Shown here: piece after piece, positions 10,210 through 20,023 of the stretch | How positions within the stretch are numbered: the stretch's first letter is position 1 | Layout: every line of letters starts with the position of its first letter | DNA from: an uncultured Chloroflexia bacterium | GTDB taxonomy: Bacteria > Chloroflexota > Limnocylindria > Limnocylindrales > CSP1-4 | Reading direction: 5' to 3' | Length of the DNA stretch: 64,000 nt | Assembly: GCA_963707215.1 (NCBI GenBank) | Contig: CAVPPB010000001.1 | Span: 704,001 to 768,000, forward strand | Notes under the pieces: model-generated | The model's input: the letters and a program-made list of their open reading frames with translations, nothing else | Databases searched by the model: none | Told to the model about the DNA's origin: nothing | Made by a program: the position numbers and the translations under genes

Positions 10210-10755
10210 TCAGACCGCTGTCGGCACCCGCTGCCGGAGCTCGGCCGCGATCCCGGCGGCCCAGGCGTCGATCGTCGGCCAGTCGCGGAAGTCGCCGGCC
10301 GGCATCTCGGGCGCCGACGGAAGCACGCGGATGAAGCGCTCCATCAGCCCCTCGGGCGGCGCCGTCGGATCCCAGGCCCCGAAGAAGACACGCTCGTCGC
10401 GCGGGCCGACCAGGGCCTCGAGCTGGTCGAACTCCTTCGGCCGGGTGACCTCGAAGATGTCGCGGCCCTTCTCGTCGACGAGCTCGGTGCCAAGGGGGCC
10501 GCTGCTGAACAACCAGACCGGCCGCTCGACCAGGATCGCCCGGTGGCGCTCCACGAACCTAGTGGCCTCCTTGAGCCAGTGGAACATGTAGGACGCCCCG
10601 CCGATGACGAAGGCGTCGTAGGGGCTGACATCGCGGATGGCGTCGACCGATCGCGCCTCCGCGAGGAAGCCGGCGTCCCGCAGGTCGGCGGCGATCCGCT
10701 CGGCGATCCCGGCGGTCGCACCGTGGCGGCTGGCATAGGCGACGAGGATGCGCAT
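10210..10755 (-). CDS. Flavodoxin-domain protein (Flavodoxin_5/HemG-like)
   Basis: ILVAYASRHGATAGIA, YDAFVIG, WLFSSGP, GDFRDW. Confidence 0.82.
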   Translation of the reverse strand: MRILVAYASRHGATAGIAERIAADLRDAGFLAEARSVDAIRDVSPYDAFVIGGASYMFHWLKEATRFVERHRAILVERPVWLFSSGPLGTELVDEKGRDIFEVTRPKEFDQLEALVGPRDERVFFGAWDPTAPPEGLMERFIRVLPSAPEMPAGDFRDWPTIDAWAAGIAAELRQRVPTAV

Positions 10756-10864
10756 GACACGAGGCTCCAAGGACAGCGATGCGGGCGACGGTCCGAGAAT
10801 CGGCGTACTGACCCGGCACGCCAAGGGCCGAGGAGCACGGCCTTGGGCGCTCGGGGCAGGGCCT

Positions 10865-11665
10865 TCAGCCCACCAGGTCACGGCTCCGGAAGCGCCAGAT
10901 GGCCAGCCCCCAGCCGACGAGCGCCACCGCGCCGAAGAGGAGCGTCTCCCCGATCGGGGCCTGGCCACCGTCGATGACCGCGGCCGGGTGGTAGTAGTGG
11001 AACGCGCTGAGGTACTTGAGGCCCTCGAGCGAGGGCTCCAGGCCCGAGACGACGGTCACCAGGTACATCAGGATCAGCACGATCGCCCCGAAACCGATCG
11101 AACGGCCGCGGTCCAGGGTGACGACCGAGACGAGGGTGCTCACGGCAGCGATGGCGCAGCCGAAGGCGAAGCTGAGCAGGCCGACGGCAAGGAAGGCAGG
11201 GACGTCGAAGGCGACGTCGATGACGGGCCCGAGGGCGACCACCGACGCGACGGCGACGACGGCCAGCACCGCCAGGCCGAGCACCTGCGTCGCGATGGTG
11301 GTCAGGAGGTAGCGCGTCCGCGAAAGGGGCGTCGACAGGGCGACCTCGATCGTCCCAGCCGCCGTCTCCGCAGCGGCACCCCTGGTGCCCAGGCCGATCG
11401 CGAACATGGCGGCCACGATGACCCAGACCTGGAAGAACTGGGAGCCGAAGTAGGCCCCGGGGCTGGTGATGCCGCCGCCCATCTCGAAGGCCTCCAGGAT
11501 CCCCGGCGGCACCATGTCCAGGTAGGGCTCGAACAGCTCGGCGGTCTCGAGCACCGTCGGGTAGATGGCCGCCACCGCAACCCCATAGATGGCGACCACG
11601 ACCCCGTAGGCGAGGAGCTGGACGCGCGTCCGTCGCACCTCGAGGGCGAAGAGGCTGGCACTCAC
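10865..11665 (-). CDS. ABC-2 type exporter permease
   Basis: Six TM segments, GTIEVALSTPLSRTR, LSAFHYY; GTGA overlap with the ATPase stop. Confidence 0.85.
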   Translation of the reverse strand: MSASLFALEVRRTRVQLLAYGVVVAIYGVAVAAIYPTVLETAELFEPYLDMVPPGILEAFEMGGGITSPGAYFGSQFFQVWVIVAAMFAIGLGTRGAAAETAAGTIEVALSTPLSRTRYLLTTIATQVLGLAVLAVVAVASVVALGPVIDVAFDVPAFLAVGLLSFAFGCAIAAVSTLVSVVTLDRGRSIGFGAIVLILMYLVTVVSGLEPSLEGLKYLSAFHYYHPAAVIDGGQAPIGETLLFGAVALVGWGLAIWRFRSRDLVG

Positions 11666-12570
11666 GGAGTGCGCTCCGCCGCCACAGCGGCTGCCGGCTC
11701 GTAGTAGGTCATGAACACGTCCTCGAGATCTGGCCTTGCCACCGCCATCTCGCGGACGTCGAGGATCGCCAGCCGGCGCAGCAGCTCGTTGAGGTCGCCC
11801 CGGACGAGGAGTCGCACCTCGCGACCGGCCGCCTCCACGACCTCGACATCGGCCAGGGCGAACGCGTCGGCGGTCGGGGGTTCGGCCAGGACCAGGTCGA
11901 CCGCATGGATATGGCGGCTGGGCAGCGTCTCGACCGCCTCGATGGCCACGATCCGACCGTCCCGGATGATCGCCACCCGGTCGCACGCCCGTTCGGCCTC
12001 GCTCAGGTTGTGCGACGAGAGGAAGATGGTCCGTCCGGCCTCCCTGGCCTCGCCCACCAGGGCGAGGAACTCGCGCTGCATCAAGGGATCCAACCCGGTC
12101 GTCGGCTCGTCCATGACCAGGAGCGGCTCGTCGCCCATGAACACCTGGACCAGGCCGACCTTCTGGCGGTTGCCGTGGGAGAGCTTCCGGATCGGGACGC
12201 TCGTGTCTGCGCCAAGGCGCTCGGCCAGCGGTCGCCAGGCGCCCCTCGGCAGGCCGCGCAGACCGCCCACGAAGTCGAAGAAGCGCTCGGCCGTGAGCTC
12301 GCCCCAGTAGCGCGGGTCGCCCGACAGGTAGGCCAGCCGACGGTGGAGCGCAGGCGCGTCGACCCAGACGTCGAGGCCGAAGACGGTGGCGCGGCCACGG
12401 TCGGGCCGGATGAAGCCGAGGAGGCAGCGGATCGTGGTCGTCTTCCCGGCACCGTTCGGTCCGAGGAAGCCGAGGACCTCGCCCTCGCGGACCTCGAAAT
12501 CGACGTCGACGATGCCCCGCCGCGTTCCGTACGACCTGGTGAGGCCCGCGACCTCGATGACGTTCGCCAT
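11662..12570 (-). CDS. ABC transporter ATP-binding protein
   Basis: Walker A GPNGAGKTT, LSHGNRQK signature, MDEPTTGLDP, LSSH; TAGACT 7 nt upstream of ATG. Confidence 0.92.
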   Translation of the reverse strand: MANVIEVAGLTRSYGTRRGIVDVDFEVREGEVLGFLGPNGAGKTTTIRCLLGFIRPDRGRATVFGLDVWVDAPALHRRLAYLSGDPRYWGELTAERFFDFVGGLRGLPRGAWRPLAERLGADTSVPIRKLSHGNRQKVGLVQVFMGDEPLLVMDEPTTGLDPLMQREFLALVGEAREAGRTIFLSSHNLSEAERACDRVAIIRDGRIVAIEAVETLPSRHIHAVDLVLAEPPTADAFALADVEVVEAAGREVRLLVRGDLNELLRRLAILDVREMAVARPDLEDVFMTYYEPAAAVAAERTP

Positions 12571-12629
12571 CGCGGCCAGTCTAGTCCTGCGGGCGAAGCG
12601 GACGCCCGGGCTCGAGCGTCTCCACACCG

Positions 12630-13487
12630 ATGACCCGGCAGCGCACGACCCGCGATCCCCTCACCCGGCTCGCCACCGGTCGCTTCGGGCGGGCCTACCG
12701 GGCGACGGTGGCGCTCGTCCTTCGCCCGGTGTACGCGGTCTACGAGGCCCGGCTCGCGGCGGCGGTCCAGGCCCGGCCGCGACCGGCCCACATCGCGGTG
12801 ATCATGGACGGCAACCGACGCTGGGCCGCAGCCGAGGGGGTCGAGGCCGGCGTAGGGCATCGTCGGGGCGCCGAGAAGGCCCTCGAGCTCATCGACTGGT
12901 GCGCCGATCTCGGGATCCGCGAGGTGACCCTCTGGGCGCTCTCGCTCGAGAACCTCGATCGGCCGTCCCCCGAGGTCGCCACGATCACCGACGTCGCGAG
13001 CGACGCGATCGACGCGATCGCCAGCGGGCGGCGACGGACCCGAGTCCCGATCGAGCTCCGGGTCATCGGCCGGAGCGACCAGCTGCCGGAGGGGCTGGCC
13101 GAATCGGTCGCCCGCTCGACGTCACTGTCGCGGACCGATCCGGCCATGCAGGTGACGATCGCCCTCGCCTACAGCGGCCGCGACGAGCTGTTAGAGGCGT
13201 TCCGGGCGACGGTCCGCGAGGCGGTCGCGAGTGGAACGCCGGTGGATCGGCTGGCCGATGACCTCTCGGCCGAGGCCGTCGCCGCGCACCTCTACACCCG
13301 CGGCTCCTCGGACCCCGACCTCGTCATCCGGACGTCCGGGGAGATCCGGCTGTCGGGCTTCCTGCCCTGGCAGAGCGTCTACAGCGAGTACTACTTCTGC
13401 GACGCCCACTGGCCGGCCTTCAGACGGATCGATTTCCTCCGCGCGATCCGGACGTACCAGCACCGGACGAGGCGCTTCGGGCGGTAG
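12630..13487 (+). CDS. uppS: Polyprenyl diphosphate synthase (cis-prenyltransferase)
   Basis: HIAVIMDGNRRWA, SLENLDR, YSGRDE, DPDLVIRTSGEIRLSGFLPWQ. Confidence 0.9.
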   Translation: MTRQRTTRDPLTRLATGRFGRAYRATVALVLRPVYAVYEARLAAAVQARPRPAHIAVIMDGNRRWAAAEGVEAGVGHRRGAEKALELIDWCADLGIREVTLWALSLENLDRPSPEVATITDVASDAIDAIASGRRRTRVPIELRVIGRSDQLPEGLAESVARSTSLSRTDPAMQVTIALAYSGRDELLEAFRATVREAVASGTPVDRLADDLSAEAVAAHLYTRGSSDPDLVIRTSGEIRLSGFLPWQSVYSEYYFCDAHWPAFRRIDFLRAIRTYQHRTRRFGR

Positions 13488-13583
13488 CGAGGACGAGTCG
13501 CAGGGGTCCGGGTGGGGCCTCTCCCCGGGACTCGGCGGGGTGGGACGGCCCCCGAACGCCGTGCTACGATCGCCGCCTCCCGA

Positions 13584-13659
13584 GCGGGAGTAACTCAGCT
13601 GGTAGAGTGTCTGCTTCCCAAGCAGAATGTCGCGGGTTCGAGTCCCGTCTCCCGCTCCA
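13584..13659 (+). tRNA. tRNA-Gly (anticodon CCC)
   Basis: 76-nt cloverleaf: acceptor GCGGGAG/CTCCCGC, anticodon loop TTCCCAA, TTCGAGT T-loop, encoded CCA; extended -10 TGcTACGAT at 13562-13570. Confidence 0.96.
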
Positions 13660-13975
13660 CTTCCCCCGTTTCGTGCTCGGCACGACACGCTGCTTGCGCC
13701 CGGAAACGTCTCGGGAGGCGGCCCGGACTTGAGCACGGCGCTCCAGAGCACCGTTTCGTCGGCAGGCGGGCGCGTCGCTCGGGGGTACCGATCGTGCTCA
13801 TCGGCTGGGTCGTAGGCTCCTGCGTCGTCCCACTGGCGATCCAGTCGACCCCGGTCGCACCGGCTCGGCTGATCGCCGTCGGGCAGAACGCTATCCGGCC
13901 ACGGAGCCGGGGGCGCGACAACCTAGGGTGGGCGGCTCACCGGAGGCCTACCGCCATGCGACGCCGCGATCCCGT

Positions 13976-14488
13976 TCAGTAGGCGATGGTCCCCTCGATG
14001 ACCCACGTCGTGGGCCAATAGTTCGGCTCGAAGCCGGGCCACTCGATGGCCGCCATCAGCTGTCCGCCGCCGGTGGCTCCATCGAACCTTCCGGTGCCGC
14101 CGACGATCTCGAAGTCGTACGTGATCTCCAGCAGCGTGGGATCTGGTCCGACCGCGGCAACGTCGCTGGCTTCGTAGGCGACGCGGACCTCGTCACCGTT
14201 CGCGGCCACGAAGGTCATCTCGATCCCCGTGACGTCGGGGCCAGGCGGGGTGCAGTTGTAGTAGTCGAGCTCGAACTTGCCCAGATGCGTGGCGTGTCCG
14301 GTGGCCGTGAAGACGGAGCGCAGCGTCGCCCCATCGGGCAGCACCGGGCACGAGGCGTCGAACTGGACCATCCCGAACCCCGCTGCGGTGCCCTTGAACG
14401 GACGCTCTTGATCGCTCCCGGCCGCCACGGGTGCCGCGGTGGCCAGGGCGAGCATCAGGACGACCAGCAGGACCGTGATTCGTTTCAT
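13976..14488 (-). CDS. Secreted hypothetical protein (predicted beta-rich)
   Basis: Signal peptide MKRITVLLVVLMLALATAAPVAA; GHATHLG, AANGDE and IVGGTGRFDGATGGG motifs; RBS GGAG. Confidence 0.8.
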   Translation of the reverse strand: MKRITVLLVVLMLALATAAPVAAGSDQERPFKGTAAGFGMVQFDASCPVLPDGATLRSVFTATGHATHLGKFELDYYNCTPPGPDVTGIEMTFVAANGDEVRVAYEASDVAAVGPDPTLLEITYDFEIVGGTGRFDGATGGGQLMAAIEWPGFEPNYWPTTWVIEGTIAY

Positions 14489-14507
14489 CGGTGACTCTCC
14501 GATCATC

Positions 14508-14590
14508 GGGCGGGTCGGTCTCGCCAGTGGCTCGGCACGGTCCGCTGAAGCGGCCGTAGTTGGGAACCGTGCGTCAGCGCCCTCCGCGCT
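14508..14590 (-). ncRNA. c-di-GMP-II-like riboswitch aptamer, copy A
   Basis: GCGCGG-AG-GGC-GCUGAC-GCACGGUUC..CGGCCGC..GGACCGUGC-CGA-GCC-ACUG-GCG-AGA-CCG-ACC: kink-turn GA/GA, long P3 and pseudoknot as in class II; about 20 nt upstream of the start codon. Confidence 0.72.
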
Positions 14591-14880
14591 ATGGCGGTCA
14601 GAGTGCCCGTCATTGAACGCACGAGGCAAGAGCCCGAGGGCCTGAACGAGCGGCCGAGATCGGCGACGGCCGAGCGCCGGCACCCTGGCCGCGGCCGAGA
14701 ACGCAGGGCTGGCCAGCAGGTCCACCAGCGCTCGGCGCGGCGGCGTACCCGGCAGCTCTGGGGATCCGGGCGCGCCCGTGGATGGCGCGACCTGGTCAGG
14801 GCATGGGGCTCTTGTGCCGAGATGCCGACGACGCGAACACTGCGGCCATGCACGGGCGCCACTCCCAGGCGCGTCAGGCC

Positions 14881-16335
14881 ATGCCGGTCTCCCGGCTTGC
14901 CCTGGCATGGATCCTGCCCGCTGTGACTGCCCTGCTGCTGGCCGGATGTGCCGCGCCCGACGTCAGCCCGGCGCCGTCGACCGTCGGCAGTGCCTCACCG
15001 GCGGCCAGGACCAGTGCCCCATCCTCGACGGAGGATCCGCAGCTCGCGACATCCCTCCGCGATGCCGTCGACGTCGCCTCGATCCTGGCCGACCTCGACC
15101 ACCTGGCCGCCATCACCGAGGAGCACGGCGGCGCCCGGGCGGCCGGCAGCGACGGCTATGCCGCGGCGGTCGAGTGGGTCGCCGGTGAGCTGCGTGACGC
15201 CGGCTACGAGGTCACACTCGATCCGGTCTCGACGCCGTCGTTCTCGCTGAGCGGTCCCGAGGTCCTCGAGATCCTTGCTGCCGATGCCCCCGACCTCCAG
15301 GCGCCGCGGGACTTCAAGGCGATGCTGCTGTCGCCTTCGGGTGACGTGAGGGGGGCGCTCTACGCGCTCGGCTTCGACAGCGGGGCGGGACCCGGGGACC
15401 TCAAGGGAACCGGCTGCGACGGTGGGGCCTGGGGCGACGTTCCAGCGGGCGCGATCGTCCTCGTCCAGCCTGGACCGTGTCGGGTCCGCACGCTCGTCGA
15501 GCACGCACAGGACGCGGGCGCGGCCGCCCTCATCTCGTCATACCCGATGTGGGCTCCGGGGCAGGTCCGCCGACCGACGCTGCTGGACCCGGACGGGCTT
15601 GCCATCCCGGTCGTCGCCGCGACGCGCGACGCCGGGCTGGCCCTTGCCGATGCAGCCCGGGCCGGGGAGGAGGTCCACATCCGGATCTCGACCAGGACGG
15701 TCATGCGGCAGAGCCACAACGTCGTCGCCGAGACGCCGGGCGGGGATCCGGACCGCGTCGTCATGCTTGGCGCCCACCTCGATGCGGTGATCGACGGCCC
15801 GGGCATCAACGACAACGGGACGGGGGTCGCCGTCATCCTGGAGGTCGCGCGGCAGCTGGCGACCCTGACCGACGGCGGGCCGACGTGGAAGGTGCGCGTC
15901 GCGTTCTGGACAGGCGAGGAGCTCGGGCTGTGGGGCTCGGTCAGCTACGCCAGCGCGTTGAGCAGCTCGGATCGGCGCTCGATCGCCGCCTACCTGAACT
16001 TCGACATGCTCGGGTCAGCGAGCGGGCTGCGCCAGGTGTACGACGCTACCGCCCTCGAGAACCCGGCATCGGCGGTCCTGGAGCGGCTGTTCTCCGGGGC
16101 CTTCGATGCCGACGGGCTCACCTGGGAGCTGGCGGACTTCGGTGACGCCAGCGATCACTTCCAGTTCGACCAGCTGGGCGTGCCGGTCGGCGGGATCGGC
16201 TCCGGCGACGCCTGCCATCACCTCGCCTGCGACACGGTCGACAACGTCGATGCCGTCCTGCTCGGCCAGAACGCGCGCGCAGCGGCCTGGGCCACCGGCG
16301 TGCTTGCCAGCGGCCGGGCCGAGCTGGCACCGTGA
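14881..16335 (+). CDS. M28 family aminopeptidase with PA domain, lipoprotein
   Basis: Lipobox LLAGC; GAHLD, PGINDNGTG, GEELGLWGS, YLNFDM, SDH. Confidence 0.88.
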   Translation: MPVSRLALAWILPAVTALLLAGCAAPDVSPAPSTVGSASPAARTSAPSSTEDPQLATSLRDAVDVASILADLDHLAAITEEHGGARAAGSDGYAAAVEWVAGELRDAGYEVTLDPVSTPSFSLSGPEVLEILAADAPDLQAPRDFKAMLLSPSGDVRGALYALGFDSGAGPGDLKGTGCDGGAWGDVPAGAIVLVQPGPCRVRTLVEHAQDAGAAALISSYPMWAPGQVRRPTLLDPDGLAIPVVAATRDAGLALADAARAGEEVHIRISTRTVMRQSHNVVAETPGGDPDRVVMLGAHLDAVIDGPGINDNGTGVAVILEVARQLATLTDGGPTWKVRVAFWTGEELGLWGSVSYASALSSSDRRSIAAYLNFDMLGSASGLRQVYDATALENPASAVLERLFSGAFDADGLTWELADFGDASDHFQFDQLGVPVGGIGSGDACHHLACDTVDNVDAVLLGQNARAAAWATGVLASGRAELAP

Positions 16336-16398
16336 TCAGGAGCGCTCGACCGCCGGCGGGAGCACGCCGAGTCCCGCTCCAGCCTGGTGTCGTGCGAC

Positions 16399-17589
16399 CT
16401 AGCGCAGCGGGTCGTCCCGCAGGTACCGCAGGACCGGCACGCAGCCGCCATCGGAGTTCGACAGCACGACAATCGTGTAGCCGGTGTCGGGGTAGATCCA
16501 GAGGAACGAGCAGATCCCCGGCGCCCCGCCGGTGTGCCCGACCGAACGCACGCCCGCCTCCATCCGGTCCATGAAGCCGTACGCGTACCGGACCCCATCG
16601 GCCATGTCGGCCTTGCCCGACAGGAGCAGCTCCGTCGAAGCCGGTCCAAGGAGGACGTGGGAGAGCAGCGCGGTGCGGAAGCGGAGCAGATCCCCCGCGG
16701 TGGAGTAGCCGCCCCCGGCGGCGAACCCGCGACCCGGCATCAAGGCGGTGTGCGCGGCCAGCACCCCGGTCTCCCGGCCCTCGATGTCCTGGGTCGTGTA
16801 GCCGATCGCCAGGTCGGGGACCTCGTCCTCGACATCGAACGCCCCGGTGTCGAGCATGCCGCTGGGCTCGAAGACGTGCTCCCGGACGTAGGCGTCGTAC
16901 GTCTCGCCGGAAACCCGCTCGACGATGAGGCCGAGCACCACGAACCCGGCGTTGCTGTAGGACCAGCCGCTGCCAGGGGCGAACAGGAGTGGCTCGTCGA
17001 CGAAGAGCGGCAGGTAGTCCGTGTTCGAGCGGTAGGCGTGGGGGTTCGCGTTGAACGCCGCCGTGAACACGTCGCCGAGTCCGGACGTGTGCGTCAACAG
17101 CTGGTGGATCGTGACCGAGCCCGCCACCTGCTCGTTCGGGTAGTCGGGGAGGTGCCTGGCGATCGTGTCGTCGAGGGCCAGCCTCCCCTGCTCCACCAGC
17201 TGCATGACCGCGACAGCGGTGAACATCTTGTTCATCGAGCCGAGATTCAGTCGCGTTGCCATCCGATTCGGGATGGCGGACTCGCGGTTCGCCTGACCGG
17301 CGGCAACCTCCCAGACGATCGTGTCGTCGCGGGCGATCAGGATCACCCCGGAGAATCCGTCCCGGGAGATCAGGTCCTCGACGAGGGCGACGACGCCGTC
17401 GATGCCGGCTCCCGCGGGATCGCTCGTGGGCGAAGCCGGCACGATGCTGGGGACCGGCGTGGGTGACGGCGTCGCCCGGGCGGCGGGGGTCGATGCCGGA
17501 GCCGCCGCGTCCGGGGAGGACGACGGGGCCGCGCAGGCGACCGCGACTAGCAGGACCCCGGCTACGGTCAAGCTCTGCCAGATGCGCAT
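16399..17589 (-). CDS. Serine hydrolase (beta-lactamase family), lipoprotein
   Basis: Lipobox AVAC; SMNK (SxxK), LLTHTSG, YSN, GHTGG. Confidence 0.9.
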   Translation of the reverse strand: MRIWQSLTVAGVLLVAVACAAPSSSPDAAAPASTPAARATPSPTPVPSIVPASPTSDPAGAGIDGVVALVEDLISRDGFSGVILIARDDTIVWEVAAGQANRESAIPNRMATRLNLGSMNKMFTAVAVMQLVEQGRLALDDTIARHLPDYPNEQVAGSVTIHQLLTHTSGLGDVFTAAFNANPHAYRSNTDYLPLFVDEPLLFAPGSGWSYSNAGFVVLGLIVERVSGETYDAYVREHVFEPSGMLDTGAFDVEDEVPDLAIGYTTQDIEGRETGVLAAHTALMPGRGFAAGGGYSTAGDLLRFRTALLSHVLLGPASTELLLSGKADMADGVRYAYGFMDRMEAGVRSVGHTGGAPGICSFLWIYPDTGYTIVVLSNSDGGCVPVLRYLRDDPLR

Positions 17590-17769
17590 GTCGGCCCCTC
17601 GAGCCTAACCCGACCGACGCAGACCTCAAGTGCCACTGGTCTCAGAGCGTGCCCGCTGAGCCACCGCAGCGACGCCGCCCGGCGGCGGGGTCGGCTAGCC
17701 TTGACGGCGGCGGGCAGGACAGCGCTTCGGACGCTGCAGGGTCAGCGCGACCCCGCCGAGGAGGTACGG

Positions 17770-18261
17770 ATGCGGACCGAGATGGACGATGAGCGCAACT
17801 CGACCCTGCTGCTGCTCCGGCGGACGCGGCGGATGACCCGGGCGGCGCTCGAGCCCCTCGCCCCGGAGGCGGTCGTCCACGACGCTGCGCCGACCTGGCG
17901 GGCCCGCGACGTGCTCGGCCACCTTGGCGTCTGGAACGGCGAGGCGGCCCGCTCGCTGGAGGCGCACGCCGCCGGAGGTGCGTACGCCTGCATCGCCTCG
18001 GCCGGGTTCTACGACGACTACAACGAGCGGGCGGCCAGTGAGCGGCGAGCCTGGGTGATGGCCGACGTGTGGGCCGAGTACGAAACGACCCACGACCGGC
18101 TCGAGGCGGCGGTCGCCACGATGCCACCCGACCGCTGGGACACGCCGATCCAGTACCCATGGACCGAGCTTGGTTCGGTGGTCGGGCTGGTGGTCCTCAT
18201 GACCGAGCACGAGACCAGCGACCACTGCGAGCCGATCCTAGCCCGGCTCGGCCGGAGCTGA
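17770..18261 (+). CDS. DinB-like / MDMPI N-terminal metal-binding protein, paralog 1
   Basis: WRARDVLGHLGVW...HETSDH; RBS GAGGAGG; near-identical to 28008-28499. Confidence 0.8.
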   Translation: MRTEMDDERNSTLLLLRRTRRMTRAALEPLAPEAVVHDAAPTWRARDVLGHLGVWNGEAARSLEAHAAGGAYACIASAGFYDDYNERAASERRAWVMADVWAEYETTHDRLEAAVATMPPDRWDTPIQYPWTELGSVVGLVVLMTEHETSDHCEPILARLGRS

Positions 18262-18380
18262 CCTTCTCCCGAGAAGACCGCAGGCGGAGGCCGATCTTCG
18301 ACCGGCCGCCCGGCGCGACGACGCCGGCGCCGCGGCCTAGAAGACGACCGTCACCTCGTTCGAGCAGGTCGATGTGCTAC

Positions 18381-18424
18381 TCCCAAGCAGAATGTCGCGG
18401 GTTCGAGTCCCGTCTCCCGCTCCA
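18381..18424 (+). pseudogene. 3' fragment of tRNA-Gly (attR-like)
   Basis: Identical to tRNA nt 33-76 including CCA; 5' half absent. Confidence 0.85.
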
Positions 18425-18579
18425 CTTCCCCCGTTCGTGCTCCGCACGACACCCTGCTGGCCCGGAACCGTCTCGGGCGGCGGTCCGGGATCGAGCCGGG
18501 CGCGCCGGGACACCCTGACCCCGATCGGGCAAGGGGCGGTAGGGCGGCCCACACTGATCACGGACCCCACGGACGAAGG

Positions 18580-19113
18580 TCAGCGAGGAGCGACGGCGGG
18601 TTCGACCGGGGGCGGCGCTGCCCCGCCATCCTCCGCTGAGCGCCCCGAAAGGCGGGCCGGCAGACGGGCGATGACCGCGAACAGCACGGCGGTCGCCCCG
18701 AGCAGCACGCCCTGCCCCGAGGGGAAGTCGTGCGGCCCTTCGACCAGCGTCTCCCACAGGACCATCGGAGCGAACGCGATGATGAGGGTCAGGACCCGGG
18801 CGTGCGGGGCGCGGCGAGCGATGTACTCGATGCCGACGAGGACCGGCAGCATGGCGGGCAGGACGGTCAGCCAGCGGACCAGGATGAAGACGGCAACGAA
18901 CAGCGCGAACGGCATGCCTTGGACCGGCATGCCTTCTACTGGCGTCTCGGGCGGGAGCCACCCCGTGAGGATCACCATCGCCGCGACGGCCCCCATGGAC
19001 ACGACGGCGTAGGCCACCAGCACCAGCAGGGCATTGGCGACGACCCGGACGGCCCCGGCGCGCCGGCCATACGGGTCGCGATCCGTGGCGGCGCGGGCCA
19101 GCTGCTTCGACAT
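18580..19113 (-). CDS. Hypothetical integral membrane protein (about 4 TM)
   Basis: RBS GAGGAG; four hydrophobic segments; GC3-rich codons. Confidence 0.7.
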   Translation of the reverse strand: MSKQLARAATDRDPYGRRAGAVRVVANALLVLVAYAVVSMGAVAAMVILTGWLPPETPVEGMPVQGMPFALFVAVFILVRWLTVLPAMLPVLVGIEYIARRAPHARVLTLIIAFAPMVLWETLVEGPHDFPSGQGVLLGATAVLFAVIARLPARLSGRSAEDGGAAPPPVEPAVAPR

Positions 19114-19189
19114 CGTCATCTCCTCGTTCCCGGGCTTCCCGACCGAGTGGCCATGCCACCCGACCGCCCGGAGCGCCATCGAGCCATGT

Positions 19190-19873
19190 TCAGCAGACCA
19201 TGTCGCCGGGAGCGGGCTCGGACCATCGCCCTGGCTCGGCGATCGCGAAGATCGAGTGGCCCGAGGGTCCGTATGCGGCCAGCACGATAGAGACGTACCG
19301 GGGCCCATCCGGGAAGTTCGGGATCCAGCCTGGATCGCAGCCGGCCTCCTGGGTCCACGACCAGCTCACGGTGCCGGCCGACGCCGGTGCGGTGGCCAGC
19401 AGCACGCGAATGGACTCGGGCAACCGAGTATTCACGACGAGGCAGGGTCCGCTCGTCCCCGGCGCGGGGTCGGCGGGTCGGGCGAGGCACTCGGTCACGC
19501 CATAGACCCGGATCTCGACGCCCGCGTCCCGCGGTTCCTGCCAGGTCACGGTCTGGGTGATCTCGACGAGCTCGGATACGCCGCCGGTATCGCCCAGGGA
19601 CTGTGTCTCGAAGGTGGCGCCGATCGGCTTCGGCGGGACCGGTGGTGGCGTGGGCTCGGTGGTGGCCGCTGACGCTGACGGGCTCGGGTCCGCCGGGGTA
19701 GCGACCGCGGCGGTCGGGGTCGCCGGCGTGGCCGACGAGCTCGGGGCGGGCGACGAGTCGACCGTGGAGGTGGGGCTCGGGAGTGTCTCGCTCGGATCCG
19801 GGCTCGCTGCCCCGCTCGCGACACAACCCGCGACGAGGATCGCCGCGAGTCCGAGGACGAGGACGGTGCGCAT
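19190..19873 (-). CDS. Hypothetical lipoprotein with Pro/Ser/Thr linker and Cys-containing C-terminal domain
   Basis: MRTVLVLGLAAILVAGC lipobox; PST-rich linker; four Cys in the C-terminal domain. Confidence 0.78.
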   Translation of the reverse strand: MRTVLVLGLAAILVAGCVASGAASPDPSETLPSPTSTVDSSPAPSSSATPATPTAAVATPADPSPSASAATTEPTPPPVPPKPIGATFETQSLGDTGGVSELVEITQTVTWQEPRDAGVEIRVYGVTECLARPADPAPGTSGPCLVVNTRLPESIRVLLATAPASAGTVSWSWTQEAGCDPGWIPNFPDGPRYVSIVLAAYGPSGHSIFAIAEPGRWSEPAPGDMVC

Positions 19874-20023
19874 CTCGGGTTCCCCCGGGCCCTCCTGGGG
19901 ACGAGATCGGGCCGCATCGGCTGACCGGTCCCGGACGTTGGGTCAGTGGCTCCGGTCTGCGCGTGTGACGTGGCGTCGAAGCGTGTTGTGGCGGGTCGCA
20001 GGACTCCAGTCCGGGCGCGCTCG

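Larger units (their letters stand above)
13616..18435. mobile_element. tRNA-Gly-anchored genomic islet (~4.8 kb) with att-like direct repeats and no integrase
   Basis: 55-bp identical direct repeats at 13616-13670 and 18381-18435, beginning in the anticodon loop; similarity continues with mismatches for about 55 bp more. Confidence 0.7.

Noticed and set aside
18381-18424. Second functional or split tRNA-Gly
   Set aside because: Lacks the acceptor 5' strand and D-arm; best explained as an att remnant.
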